From Haliotis rufescens (lineage: Eukaryota): DNA of 64,000 nt. A program made the position numbers and the translations under genes. Shown here in pieces: positions 13,283 through 25,025 of this stretch. The notes below the pieces were generated by a model, which was not told the origin of the DNA, made no database searches, and was given only the letters and a program-made list of their open reading frames with translations. The DNA lies in contig NW_025964383.1 in assembly GCF_023055435.1 (NCBI RefSeq), positions 10,168,001-10,232,000 of the forward strand. The letters run 5' to 3'. The stretch's first letter is position 1. Every line of letters starts with the position of its first letter.

Positions 13283-13525
13283 TTGGGGCACGAGTGGCCC
13301 AGTCGTCTGAGGCACCGCAGTTCGTTGTGTAGAGTTGCGCCCCTTGGGCACGCCAGGCACCTTTGAATGTGGGTTCGAATCCCGATTCACACCGATAATG
13401 TTTCTGGGTTTGTCAGCACCATCGTGGGTTTCACCGAAGTGGTAAATATCTGAGACCTCTTTCACTTCGGGCTTTCCTCCCACATTAAGCTGTTGTACCG
13501 TGAAATAACTGGAATACTGTCCATC
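13283..13525 (+). mobile_element. SINE family B (decayed)
   Basis: Aligns to 15-230 and 412-440. Confidence 0.75.
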
Positions 13526-13791
13526 AGTCAAAATACATGCGGTTTAATCTCAGTGATAATTTGTGTTCCGTTTTCTGCCGAGGCCCAGGTGTGCTTCCTG
13601 CTTTAGCCGAACAGGGAAACCAGCAACTCTTTCAATGCCTCATCCATACTTCTTGAATATCATTTTACAATTTCGAGATAAGTTTTTTCTGTATTTAGTA
13701 TTGCATTACTATAAGTTATATGTTATAAATTCATGTATTTCTTATATCCGCCTCGTAAACTCTACACATCACTTCTATTATTCGGGCATAC

Positions 13792-13935
13792 AGTGAGTGA
13801 GTGAGTGAGTGAGTATGGTTTTAGGCCGCTTTTAGCAATATTCCAGCAATATCACGGCGGGGGACAGCAGAAATGGGCTTCGCACATTGTACCCATGTCG
13901 GGAATCGAACCCGGGTCTTCGGCGTGACGAGCGAA
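13792..13935 (-). mobile_element. SINE family A, 5'-truncated
   Basis: (GAGT)n followed by the reverse complement of roughly 260-400. Confidence 0.8.
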
Positions 13936-14259
13936 TCGGGCATACAGAGACCATATACCGATGTGTGGTTTCTGGTGCATATAGGTCGCAACCGAATATT
14001 AAGGAAGACGAACCGACCTTGTGTTTATTGTCTAGTGAACTCAGGTAATGGCCGATCATTAACTCAAGTTTCATGTATCATTCTTTTTGTTTTTATCTCA
14101 CTATTCATTTGGTCTTTTTGTCAAATTCAACTGAAACCCGGTCCCGTGTTCGGTCATGGCACACGCTTGTGTCACGCGTTACATGTGACACCGATGTGAC
14201 ATGGGTGCTGAACGAGAAATAATTCCTAGGCAGTAGCATAGGGGCGGGTGGGTGGGATG

Positions 14260-14536
14260 NNNNNNNNNNNNNNNNNNNNNNNNNNNNNNNNNNNNNNNNN
14301 NNNNNNNNNNNNNNNNNNNNNNNNNNNNNNNNNNNNNNNNNNNNNNNNNNNNNNNNNNNNNNNNNNNNNNNNNNNNNNNNNNNNNNNNNNNNNNNNNNNN
14401 NNNNNNNNNNNNNNNNNNNNNNNNNNNNNNNNNNNNNNNNNNNNNNNNNNNNNNNNNNNNNNNNNNNNNNNNNNNNNNNNNNNNNNNNNNNNNNNNNNNN
14501 NNNNNNNNNNNNNNNNNNNNNNNNNNNNNNNNNNNN
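14260..14536. other. Assembly gap (277 N) next to a (CT/CA)n microsatellite at 14537-14692
   Basis: Run of N. Confidence 1.
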
Positions 14537-14618
14537 TTCTCACGCACTTCCTCACTCTCTCTCTCCCCCACACACACTCTCCCTCTCACACACACACTCA
14601 CTCTCTCTCTCACACACA

Positions 14619-14658
<40 letters not shown>

Positions 14659-15967
14659 CTCACACACACACTCACACGCTCCCTCTCACACAAACTCATT
14701 TGAAAACAAATAATTGAAAGAAATATATGTTGTGCACATTAACTGATCATAGTATTTCCATATACTTTAATGAGGAATACATATATGGCGTTGTCGTATG
14801 TCTGACTAATCATGCATCATGTCAGTAGTTGTAGTAGTAACAGTGGTAATTGTAGTAGTAGCAGTAGATAAGGTGAGGTGAAATCTGGTTTAACGTCGCG
14901 TTCAATATTAATGCATTTTTAATTATATACACGTGTCTGAAAATATGTAAAATGTAAATCATACATAAATATATATTTCTATATAAATCAGTTGTCGGGC
15001 TTCGCTTTCAATTCTATGTATCACGTGATATTACTCAATATTTTCAACCTCCAGGAAAACAACAACATTTCATCAGGTGACGTTGGTGTCGAAGACATTT
15101 ATGAAATTGAGATGAATGACATTTGAAGATGTTTCTGGGATATATGAAAAGAAACAGAGTAGTGCTGAACGTTTTGTGTAAATATTAAATCGATATCATG
15201 CCTGTATACATTAGTTTAAGTACGTGTACATGTCAATATCTACTTGCCAACCTACTGAACATCATACAGTAATATGATTCATGCTGTTTCCCTCACACAT
15301 TGCATACATGTACAGCCGCGCACTACGCGCTGTGTGACCTCGGCTGTATTGGCGTCGGTCACAAGGAGATGCATGGTTCAGTCGCCACACTTTTTTCAGA
15401 ATAGATCAATATGTCACGTTTCCGACATGTATCGCTTAGGTGTAAGGAATTATTGCTTCTAATTCATCTGTTTTTAGTCAATAGAGAATATATGAAAGAA
15501 AATAAAGCGAACTATTTTGTATGAATTAGATCTGACATATTCAGTTCTATAACAGTCCACTGCTGGTAACACAGATTATGTGAAACAGGTAAGGAACTTT
15601 TATTCAAAACCTATGTCTCAGAGTACAATGGAAGTCCGTTAATCCGGGTACACGGGGTGGGGTAATGAGATCTCACGGTATATAGATGACGATGTTGGCT
15701 GTGTTGTCTCAACGAAAATGTTATTAATATATTTATCGTAATGATTGTCCAATTTGTAATTACACATACACCGGCAAGTATGAAAAGTAAAAATGATACT
15801 ACTCAGGTATATAACATGCCCTGGTGCCAGTAGTTCAGTGTGGAAGAGGGACTATTTCTTGGCTCACATATCATCCAGGTCTCATACTGCGTAGTTCGAG
15901 GCTAAATATAGAGCCAGGCTGGAAATAAATATATACCGGGAAAAACCAGAACTGTCTAAATATAGGA

Positions 15968-15977
15968 GGGGAATCCC
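15968..15977 (+). promoter_or_regulatory. NF-kB site GGGGAATCCC upstream of gene 3
   Basis: Consensus match about 0.9 kb upstream of the ATG. Confidence 0.45.
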
Positions 15978-16887
15978 TTTCCAAGAACATCTATTCCAGT
16001 TTCATTTTTGCGTGCTTATCGATCTGTGAATATCGTTTATTAGCGTAGCTGCGGTCTCAATTCGTACATGCGCATTTGAGTCGTAAACAAAGCTCATTTT
16101 CTTAATATTTTTTTTTAAACAGAAATTTAGGATCGCCTTCCTTAATGTTGTATAATTTGTACATGTATTTCAGATATTAAGGTATTCTAAATATTTTATC
16201 AATGCATCAATGAATATTGCATCAACTCTCCTGTGCTAGATAACGGATACGGAGCCTTTTTGCAGTCTTGTTTTTGTTAAGTAATTATTGTCATTCTTAA
16301 ACACATATAATGCATGTTTTATTCTGAAAATATAATGTGAAAATGTAATCATGGTATTGCTTTCCAGAACGTTTCTACCATTAAATGCACACTTTAAATA
16401 TGTATGGAGACTTTAAGTGTAATAATGCCAAGTGCGTCATTCGGGTGGACGAATAATAAGTAAAATGTCAATAAATAAATTGAAATTTCATTTGGTTAGT
16501 TCACAAAGTTATGTGGTGGTTTTAAGAAAGAAGAGAATATTACATAAACAAGTTAGGAATATAAATATTATTCCCACCTATTCAGATATGAATATTAGCA
16601 GAGGATGGCTGATCATAATAGCTACCTAAGTAAATCAGAAATCGTCTATCTGTGCGAATTAGTTCCCCATTGTAATAAAAGGACAATCTGCTCTCTTGGA
16701 TACTAAGACAATTGCAAGCTCTTTACGACATATTATTAGCGTGGTGACGTCTCGTGTCTAATACGCTGATTTGGAGCATATGACGCCGATCATCATTTTA
16801 CAAATTGCATCATACAACATTTGTACATGATTAATTTATGTTCAATGCATTTTAGGAACAATATCCTATTTGGTCAAATGAAACACC

Positions 16888-19379
16888 ATGCAAGCGACGA
16901 AAGCAGTCGTCGCTGCTGTGCTCGTCCTTAACATAGCTGTTGGAATCGCAGTTATTTGTGTTGTGGTGACTGTCGAGGAGGAACACCACAGGCCCCCTGC
17001 TGCAACACTCTGGAACAATGCCGAGCAGTTGAAGAAGCAGATCGACGAAGTACTAATTTTAAATGAAATTAATTAACTGAAACCCGCTCACAACTGTCAG
17101 TCGTAAATGCTATATTGTAGGCTGCACTGAACATTGTGCTGCAAACGTATGACTAAATAAATTTAACACGTATGAACATCTATATCCTTTAAAAGTATGT
17201 ATGTCCGTTAGTTGATCGTTCACATAAAACGATATCTGAAAAAAATAGATTAAAGATCACCATGTATCACCATCGATAGTAGGTGCTTCTCTAGGAGTTC
17301 ACATGTACGTATCCAATTCAGCATGCTATTTAAATATTTCCTCTTCCAAACAAAGAAAGAGTATCTCAATATTTACACTGGTCATTGCAGATTTATGTTG
17401 ATCCTCGGGAGACTCCGCATCACCCCCGAGGTAAGTGGGTTTTCCTGTGCTAGAGACATACACATTTTACTTAAAATCCATCTCAAACTCAATACATATA
17501 AACATGATGAAATATATATTAACAAAATGTGTTCCCTCTCTGCCATCGTTCACATGGCTTTACATATTGTGCCAACACGTTTATATAATGTAAATGGTAT
17601 AATTTGGCTAGTGTCGCCTAGTGTGCTATAATATATGTTTACATTCATACAGATCCACAAGCCATTACGTCACTAGATTATTGGAATATTCTGAAGCCCA
17701 TCGCATTTCTGACCGGACTTGACTTTGGCGAAAACAACGAAGGTAAACATGTTCTCATCTCATCTGCAGCATATGTTTCAAATCAGTTCAACATCGTTTT
17801 GTTGTAGGACAGTCACCGGTGTACGTTACCAGTGTACCATTCGAACCTTGTGTATGTGATTTCTTAATGTAAGCATTTATTATTAATATAACTGTTGTAT
17901 AACGTGTTAGACGGGCAATGGAAATGCGACTGAATCAGGAAATATTTCGAGGCGGTTACGAGTTTGCGTAGGGAAATAGTATCACAACCTTGAAATAACG
18001 AGTTTAGACAAGTCATACGTCAACAACGAACTTTTCTTGTCGGGAGGACCTAGCAATCAAATTTCAGTTCACGTCACCGCCACATGACGTACAAATTAAT
18101 GTAACACATGGACGTTTAATTAGAGACCCATGTTACAGTCTCAGAAAATAATTGAGTTCAGCTCTGTCCATTTTTTGGCAAATGTGTACACCACTATACC
18201 CAGTGAAAAAGTTCAGAAAAAAACTTCTTCATCCATGGGGCATTTGTCACTACAAACGTGGAGATGGGTGTAAAATGAAAGCAAATGTCATCTGAAGTTT
18301 ACTGAGAACTGTACTTAATAATATTTATGTGAAGTTTGGGGGATATGATATATTTCCAAGAAGTATGCATGAAGTTTTCAATAGTGAACCCATTCTCGCT
18401 GAAATATTCCATCAGCTTTTACCAACATCTTCCCGTTTTTGAAGTTTAACTATTACTTGAATTTCCTTTGGAGAAGGATGCGCTCACATGCGATAGTGAT
18501 TCATAAACACATGCCAATGATATACTCGGAATCATTCAATGGACTCTCCTTTCGGCAGCTATTTCTTACGAATATGGAAAGGGTTTTCCGGCGTTTGATT
18601 ATTTATGTGTATATGAATACATGCAGGAGGGATATCATATGATTGTTGAAATCATGTTCTGTCGATTCATGTTGGTAGTAACACGAACTCGTAACATTAT
18701 AACGGAGAATCAAACCCTTAATAGGGAATCGGAGTTATTGCATGGTTGACATCAAAGGAAATATGCCACTTCCATGCTACAAATGTGACTTACCAAGGAT
18801 TGGTTCAAAACAGTGTGATTATAATCTGAATGTAGATTTTCAGTCATATAATCCATATAGGCATAACTGAAATCATATCACACATGTATGAATATAGTTT
18901 GTGCATGATCACTTACTCTATGATATAGACATATATGTACCTGTGTTTTCTTGACAGATACGCCTACAAACACTGCAATAAGGAACTGGATACCGTTTGT
19001 TGGCCCAGGCAGACAGTACTTGTACAATGGTATGACATACGAAAACGGAAGTGTTTCTATCCCAACCGCTGGAGTGTATGTCGTCTATTCCCATGTAAAA
19101 TTTTACACAGAAAAAAATCATCGCGTTGATCCCGAGCTTGATTTTCATCACAGCATAACACGATACAATGCTGTGTCTCAACAGACAGAGACTGTATCGG
19201 GGAACATAGTGTGTGAGAACAAGAACAATGTCATTGACGGAGCAAGTCTGGAATACTCCAGTGACATCCACAGTTTGGTGCAGCTGAATGCTGGAGACCT
19301 GGTCATAGTAAATGTGTCGCATTTGGAACTGTTAAAGTCGGACAAGGATTGGCATTATTTTGGAGCATATATTATTTGA
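16888..19379 (+). CDS. TNF superfamily ligand, gene 3 (237 aa); coding exons 16888-17049, 17391-17430, 17653-17742, 18958-19379
   Basis: MQATKAVVAAVLVLNIAVGIAVIC; IYVDPRETPHHPR; ILKPIAFLTGLDF; THD ending WHYFGAYII*. 162+40+90+422=714 nt in frame. Confidence 0.9.
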
Positions 19380-19392
19380 ATTTACTTTGACC

Positions 19393-19410
19393 GGCAATCT
19401 AGAAGTTGTC
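19393..19410 (+). promoter_or_regulatory. Conserved 3'UTR stem-loop (gene 3)
   Basis: GGCAAT-CTAGAA-GTTGTC, 13 nt after the stop. Confidence 0.55.
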
Positions 19411-20169
19411 TAAAATTGATAATAATTCAAATGATGTATATTCCGTAATGCATCCAAATTTTTAAAACCCAAAATATTTATTGGAAAAATCTCCATTTAC
19501 CAGATTGTGTGCGTGTTTGTTGTTTAACGCAACATTCCAGCTGTATCACAGCGGTCTGTAAATAATCGAGTCTGGGCCAGACAATCCAGTGTTTGATATC
19601 ATGAGCATCGATCCACGAAATTGGGATCGATTACAAGAATCAACCTGATCCCGTTAGTCGCCTCTTACCAGATTGACCCCCAAGAACGTGAATGTATGTA
19701 AGTAAATTAATGTATATATATTTAAATAGTATTACTCCATATGAATAAACATATACATATTTAACGCACTGTGTTCTTTCTATTCAATAACAAAACCGAA
19801 TGCATATACTGACACACTTTGAAAATGTCTATTCGAACTTTGTTATAATTGGAAAAATGTCTACAAAAATCAAGTTCATTTGTTCGATGTCTTTAGACAT
19901 GCAATAATCAAACTCAACACTGTCGTCGTGTAGGTTCGAATCTTATTTGATGTGTTTGGAGATGGATTTGAGCCTACAAACACATCTTCTCTGATCCCTT
20001 AAACACGATTATGCGTTTTCATTGTGTGTCAGTACAGCTGGAAATTGTACTTGGTATGTTTGTTTGTTTGCACTCAGCAATATTCCAGCTATGTGACGGC
20101 GGTCTGTAAGATGATGGAGTCTTGACCAGACACTCCCCTGATTCATGCGCATAGATCCACGCAATTGGG

Positions 20170-20550
20170 ATACACAATGCCATTTAGAAAGTGGTCAATT
20201 GTAACAAATGTTATATTTGGGATAACACTTTCTTATTAAGTACAGATTCTCGTACTGGGTTGAGTCCCGTCTGGGATTGTGTATTCATAGCTTTCGGCCA
20301 TGGGGGTCGTACCAATTTACACTTGTCAGAGGGGTACTCAAAGTACGTGATCTAGACTACAAGTTGTCGGACTTTCATTTTTGTGGAAGCCTCGGTAGCT
20401 GAGTGGGTTAGATCGCTGACTTTATGTGCCTCACTCTGGCAAGTGTGGGTTCGAATCCCGGACGGGACTCAACCCAAAAAAGTACGAGAATCTGTACTTT
20501 ACTAAGAAACATTTGTTACATTTGACCACGTTCTAAATGGCATTGTGTAT
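20170..20550. mobile_element. Inverted-repeat element with an internal tRNA-like Pol III head (20389-20469, +)
   Basis: Arms 20170-20278 and 20454-20550 are reverse complements over ~100 bp; A-box TAGCTGAGTGG, B-box GTTCGAATCC. Confidence 0.6.
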
Positions 20551-21836
20551 TCGTTAATTGTATATGATATCTGGAACTGTTATCCCATGGGGACATCCTA
20601 TAAAACACCCTTAAAGTACATTTTTTAAACAACGTGAAAAAACATCATCGATCGCCAACAATATTTGACAGCCAGGCGAATCCATATTCATTTGAAATAA
20701 GTAGATAAAGTAGTTCTGAAGCTACAGTTTTATATCCACATTTACTCAAACCCAAACCTTACACTTGTACAAGTCAGAACGAAACTATTATGCATCTTGC
20801 AGCAATATAGACATAGGAGTGTTTTTAACAGGAATACTAGTACATTTACATGTATGTATAAATTCAGAACGGGTTGGATGGGAATTCAGGAGATGTCGAT
20901 TTGTGGTAGTAATAGTCATATTTATACTAATAGGAATATGTGCAATGGTGATTGCCTAATCTGTTCTCGGTGAACAGATCTTCTTTTCCTCATACGATTA
21001 AATCTGAATATGTCTAAGGGTGGGTGCGTGTATATTCCGTTCTTTCTGGCAGACGAATCAATAGACATTGAGCAACAGTGTGACCATGATGGAATATTTA
21101 TATAAAGCATAAATCAAGTTTGTGACGCAGGTTATGATGGTAATGAAAACAAGTATGCATATGCATTAAAGTGAAAGGGTGAATAATAACGTGTCGGCCT
21201 TTCACCTCAGGATTAATGGGATGCAGATTAACCAGGTTTCACTGTACACTAACGTGTGCAGGCTGTGTAACATTTCTGACGTGTGTCATAGAGCGTACAC
21301 ATGCAAACGTCATGCATCTCTGGGGCAATGATCATGAGAGCAATATTTCAATAACCTAAGTACGGAAAAATTAACCTGTCTGCAGATCCGTTTTATGCAA
21401 TAAAATGTCGATAATCAGCACACCAAACTTAATTATTAAGGTACGTATATAGTACTGTGTCAACATCAAGACAACTGTACACACGACTGAATGGATAAGC
21501 AAGGACGTCGAAAAAGGGTCATGCAACAATGCAACAAACCCGTCTCACTAGTGTCATTCTATAAATAACAGAATTCCTCGGGAATCGTTGAGTCGATCAG
21601 CGTGTGGCTTTCTCTGTCGACGCCGGCAATCGCGAGAGTGTTGAAGCAATCACCCTTTGAAATGAAACGTAATGTAAAACGACTACAGTGAGAATAGGGG
21701 GTTCACGGGGTCAGGTTAGGTGACCAAACGGTTTCCTTGGAAACAGATATTGTACACAGTGTGTCATAGAAAGTAACATACTTCTAGCTTCTATAAACAT
21801 TATTCATACGCTCCGATTTAGGTCACAACAGTTGTG

Positions 21837-22119
21837 GGGGGCACGGGGGGCCCAGTCATCTAAGGCGCCGCGATTCGCTGTGCAGAGTTGCGTCCCCTGG
21901 ACACGCCAGAAACCTATGATTGTGGCTTCGAATCCCGGTTCACCCCGATTATGTTTCTAGGTTTGTCAGCACCATACCCGTGCTCGAGTGTTTCACCGAA
22001 GTGGTAAACGTCTGAGACCTGCATCACTTCGGGCTTTCCTCCCACATAAAGCTGACACGCCGTGGTATAACTGGAATACTGTAAAAAGCGGCGTTAAACC
22101 ATACTCACTTACTTACACT
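21837..22119 (+). mobile_element. SINE family B, full length
   Basis: Uninterrupted match to the element at 15-480; TSD ACAGTTGTG at 21828-21836 and 22120-22128. Confidence 0.85.
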
Positions 22120-24888
22120 ACAGTTGTGTGACATCATCTATTTTCTCTAATGACACGGACCGTTGTGTTGCACAAATACTAATAAACTAAGCTTTAAAAT
22201 GCGTGTGACAGATTGACATTTGACAACGCTAGAAAAGGTACAAGGATAAAGAAACTAGAGGTGTGTGCAAGAACTTGCAAGACGGAAACAGACTCGGAAA
22301 CAATGGGAAACACATTTCCTGTTGTCAGTTTTCGATCGAAATAAACGAATATTTATTTTTATCGAGAGTATCACATTATGGTCATGTGGTTTTCTGATGG
22401 CCAATATCAACACCAAGCGGACGATCTATCACTTTGGGTTTGTGACAGTACTAACACTTTAAACAAGATTGTTTTCGAAGTGGTGAATTTTGTCTGAATG
22501 ATCTCTGCTTCAAACTGATATATTTGTCACATTTTATTAATAACTTTTGAAATGGTCTACCATATGTTCATGACAGAATAGGAATCAATGTGGAAGTCTG
22601 GAATTTGAACCATGACCATATAGGAATCCTGCACTGCTAAGTACGGGACCCCAGACAAGTGTACTTTCTTATAATTAGCTATAGTATCACAGTATAAGTA
22701 ACATGCATGTATATGATCTGTGGGCCTGATACATGCAAATGATTTTCTACACCCGATGAGACCGAGATGAAATATGCAACGATTTATATTTACCAGTTGT
22801 CACACTACAAATATTCATCTTCATCCAACTCAGACTTTCTGTATGGCAACTCAAAGAACGAACAGTGGCACTGTGCGTTGTCAACAAATTGTAAATAACG
22901 TCATAATGCGGCTCACCTACTTGTATGATTTTCACACGATAGCATCTGTCCTATCAGGTACTCGAATGTCCATGATTAGACATTTACCGCTTTGATCGAG
23001 TCCACGAGAATAAGCTTTTATCGACCGAAAATGGTCATAGGAAGCTGGCACACTTGTGGAATGAGTTTCGAAACCTATCAGTACTTGAGTACGTGATCCT
23101 CGGTGCTTGTAGAATATGTACAAAGTATCAGGTTGTGTATAGATTACATATAGGCGAAATGGGTGCATGTATTATGTATTCTTCAGTGCTGACGGATGCG
23201 CCTTGTTTTCAAGTCATGCATTGTCGCACAATTTTGAGGTCCATTGTTACCTATCGTGATGGTGTCGCCATGTCGTAATGAGTAGCGCACGCAGTCGTGT
23301 CCTGATTTATATAGACTTCAAAAAAGGTTGTTAAATTCATGACACCACGTGATATACATGTAGTAATGTGTAAACATCAGGAAATTATTGTTAATACATG
23401 TACACGACCGAATAACTAAGCATGATAAAACGATTACGCAACGTTAAAGCCCGGACACAATCGACCGTCATTCATTTCTATAAATAGCACATTTCCTCGG
23501 GAATCATTGATTCGGTCAGCATGACGTTCGAATACCCCACAAGGGAAAGCCAGTAAACCTGCAACCGTTATTGAAACACATTTATACGATCGGGTAAGTT
23601 GACTAGAGTTCCTTTTTTACAGAGTTAAAAGTTATAGAATCTAACCTGCTGTTGATTAGCTATTGCAAACAACCAATGACGGGGAGCGTTTTGCGTTTTG
23701 TTACACATATTGCAATACTATAAGCTAAGCTACAACTGTGTGCCAGTTGTTAACCTACCAGCAAATGTTTATAGGAAACTACCTTCAGATATTATGCATG
23801 GGATAAAAATAAATTTTGGATGATCGTTTCCCCGTCATGTGAGTGTCCAATGAATACATCATGTTTGGCCCATTTTCAGCAGAAGGAAAGTGTACTGCTG
23901 TTGTTACTTTGTGGGAGTGAACTAAAATAGTTGGATATTCGATTAAATTGAGTGTAAGGTATATTAATGGTTGTTGATCTTATTGTTTAGTATTGTGTAA
24001 TTTTAGGTATATTACATCAGGGGGGACCGATTTTGGTATGTTGCATACATAGTGAATACTTATATATTAGGCTTTAGGTTCAGATGTTCAGTGAAATATT
24101 CACAGATTGCAATTGTGTAGATTTGGTTTTATGTTTCTGAAAAGGGCTTGTTTTATTGTCTTGTTTGTGGCCGTGAGTGCTCATGTATGCTGTGCACAGC
24201 TGCTGTTTCTGTTTTGATTGCGTATGATGGTGGAGTGGCATTTGCTGTGTGTGGAGGATGATGGTTGTTTCACGACACTGAGCATTCTGTTGTATTTATT
24301 GTGCAGCACATGTAGCTGTTATAACTATTATTAATACTGATTGTTTTTAGGAACTGGATACGTAAGAAGTCTTTACTAAAACCAGTCTATTGTACCATTA
24401 CTACTAAATCAAATGAAGAAATGTTTTGATAGCTGGTCAAATTCATGCCATCTGTCTCGCAGCATAGTTAAAACAGATGATATTCTGTGTAGATTACCAG
24501 ATTTGTTATTAATTCCATCCAATGTAACCATTTTGTCAGAAAAGCCCAATGTTTAGGCAGTATTAAGGAGGTTAAAGGTCATTCATATTATTCTGAGCTA
24601 TGAATACTTTTCCGGCGCATAACTAAAACAGATACTGATTTTTTTCAGATCAGTTTAGCTTCCAAACAAGTCAATGATATGATTCGGAAAATGAACTTCA
24701 ACAAATAGTTATTTGAAAATATGCATCGTATTCAATCAGTGTCAGATATTGTTGTCTACTTTATATAGTAATAACTTACAAGCCGTTTTATCATTCGTTA
24801 GAAGTAACATTTGAATAACTATATGAATGAAATTGTGACATTATGAAATTTTAACACGTCTAAGATGCAACTAGTTATCATAAATCTA

Positions 24889-25025
24889 GTGAGTGAGTAA
24901 GTGTAATAACCCGGACATATCACATCAGGGGACATCAGAAATGGGCTCGCACATGTTACCATTTGGGGGATCGAACCCGGGCCTTCAGCGTGGTGAGCAA
25001 ACGCTTTTTTCACTATGCTACTCCA
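24889..25025 (-). mobile_element. SINE family A (decayed)
   Basis: gtgagtgag...ggggacatcagaaatgggctcgcacat...atcgaacccggg. Confidence 0.65.

Noticed and set aside
21574-21584. STAT (GAS) or heat-shock element call for TTCCTCGGGAA / TTCCCGGGGAA
   Set aside because: Spacing is TTC-N5-GAA, not N3/N4 (STAT) or N2 (HSE); reported only as an unassigned palindrome.
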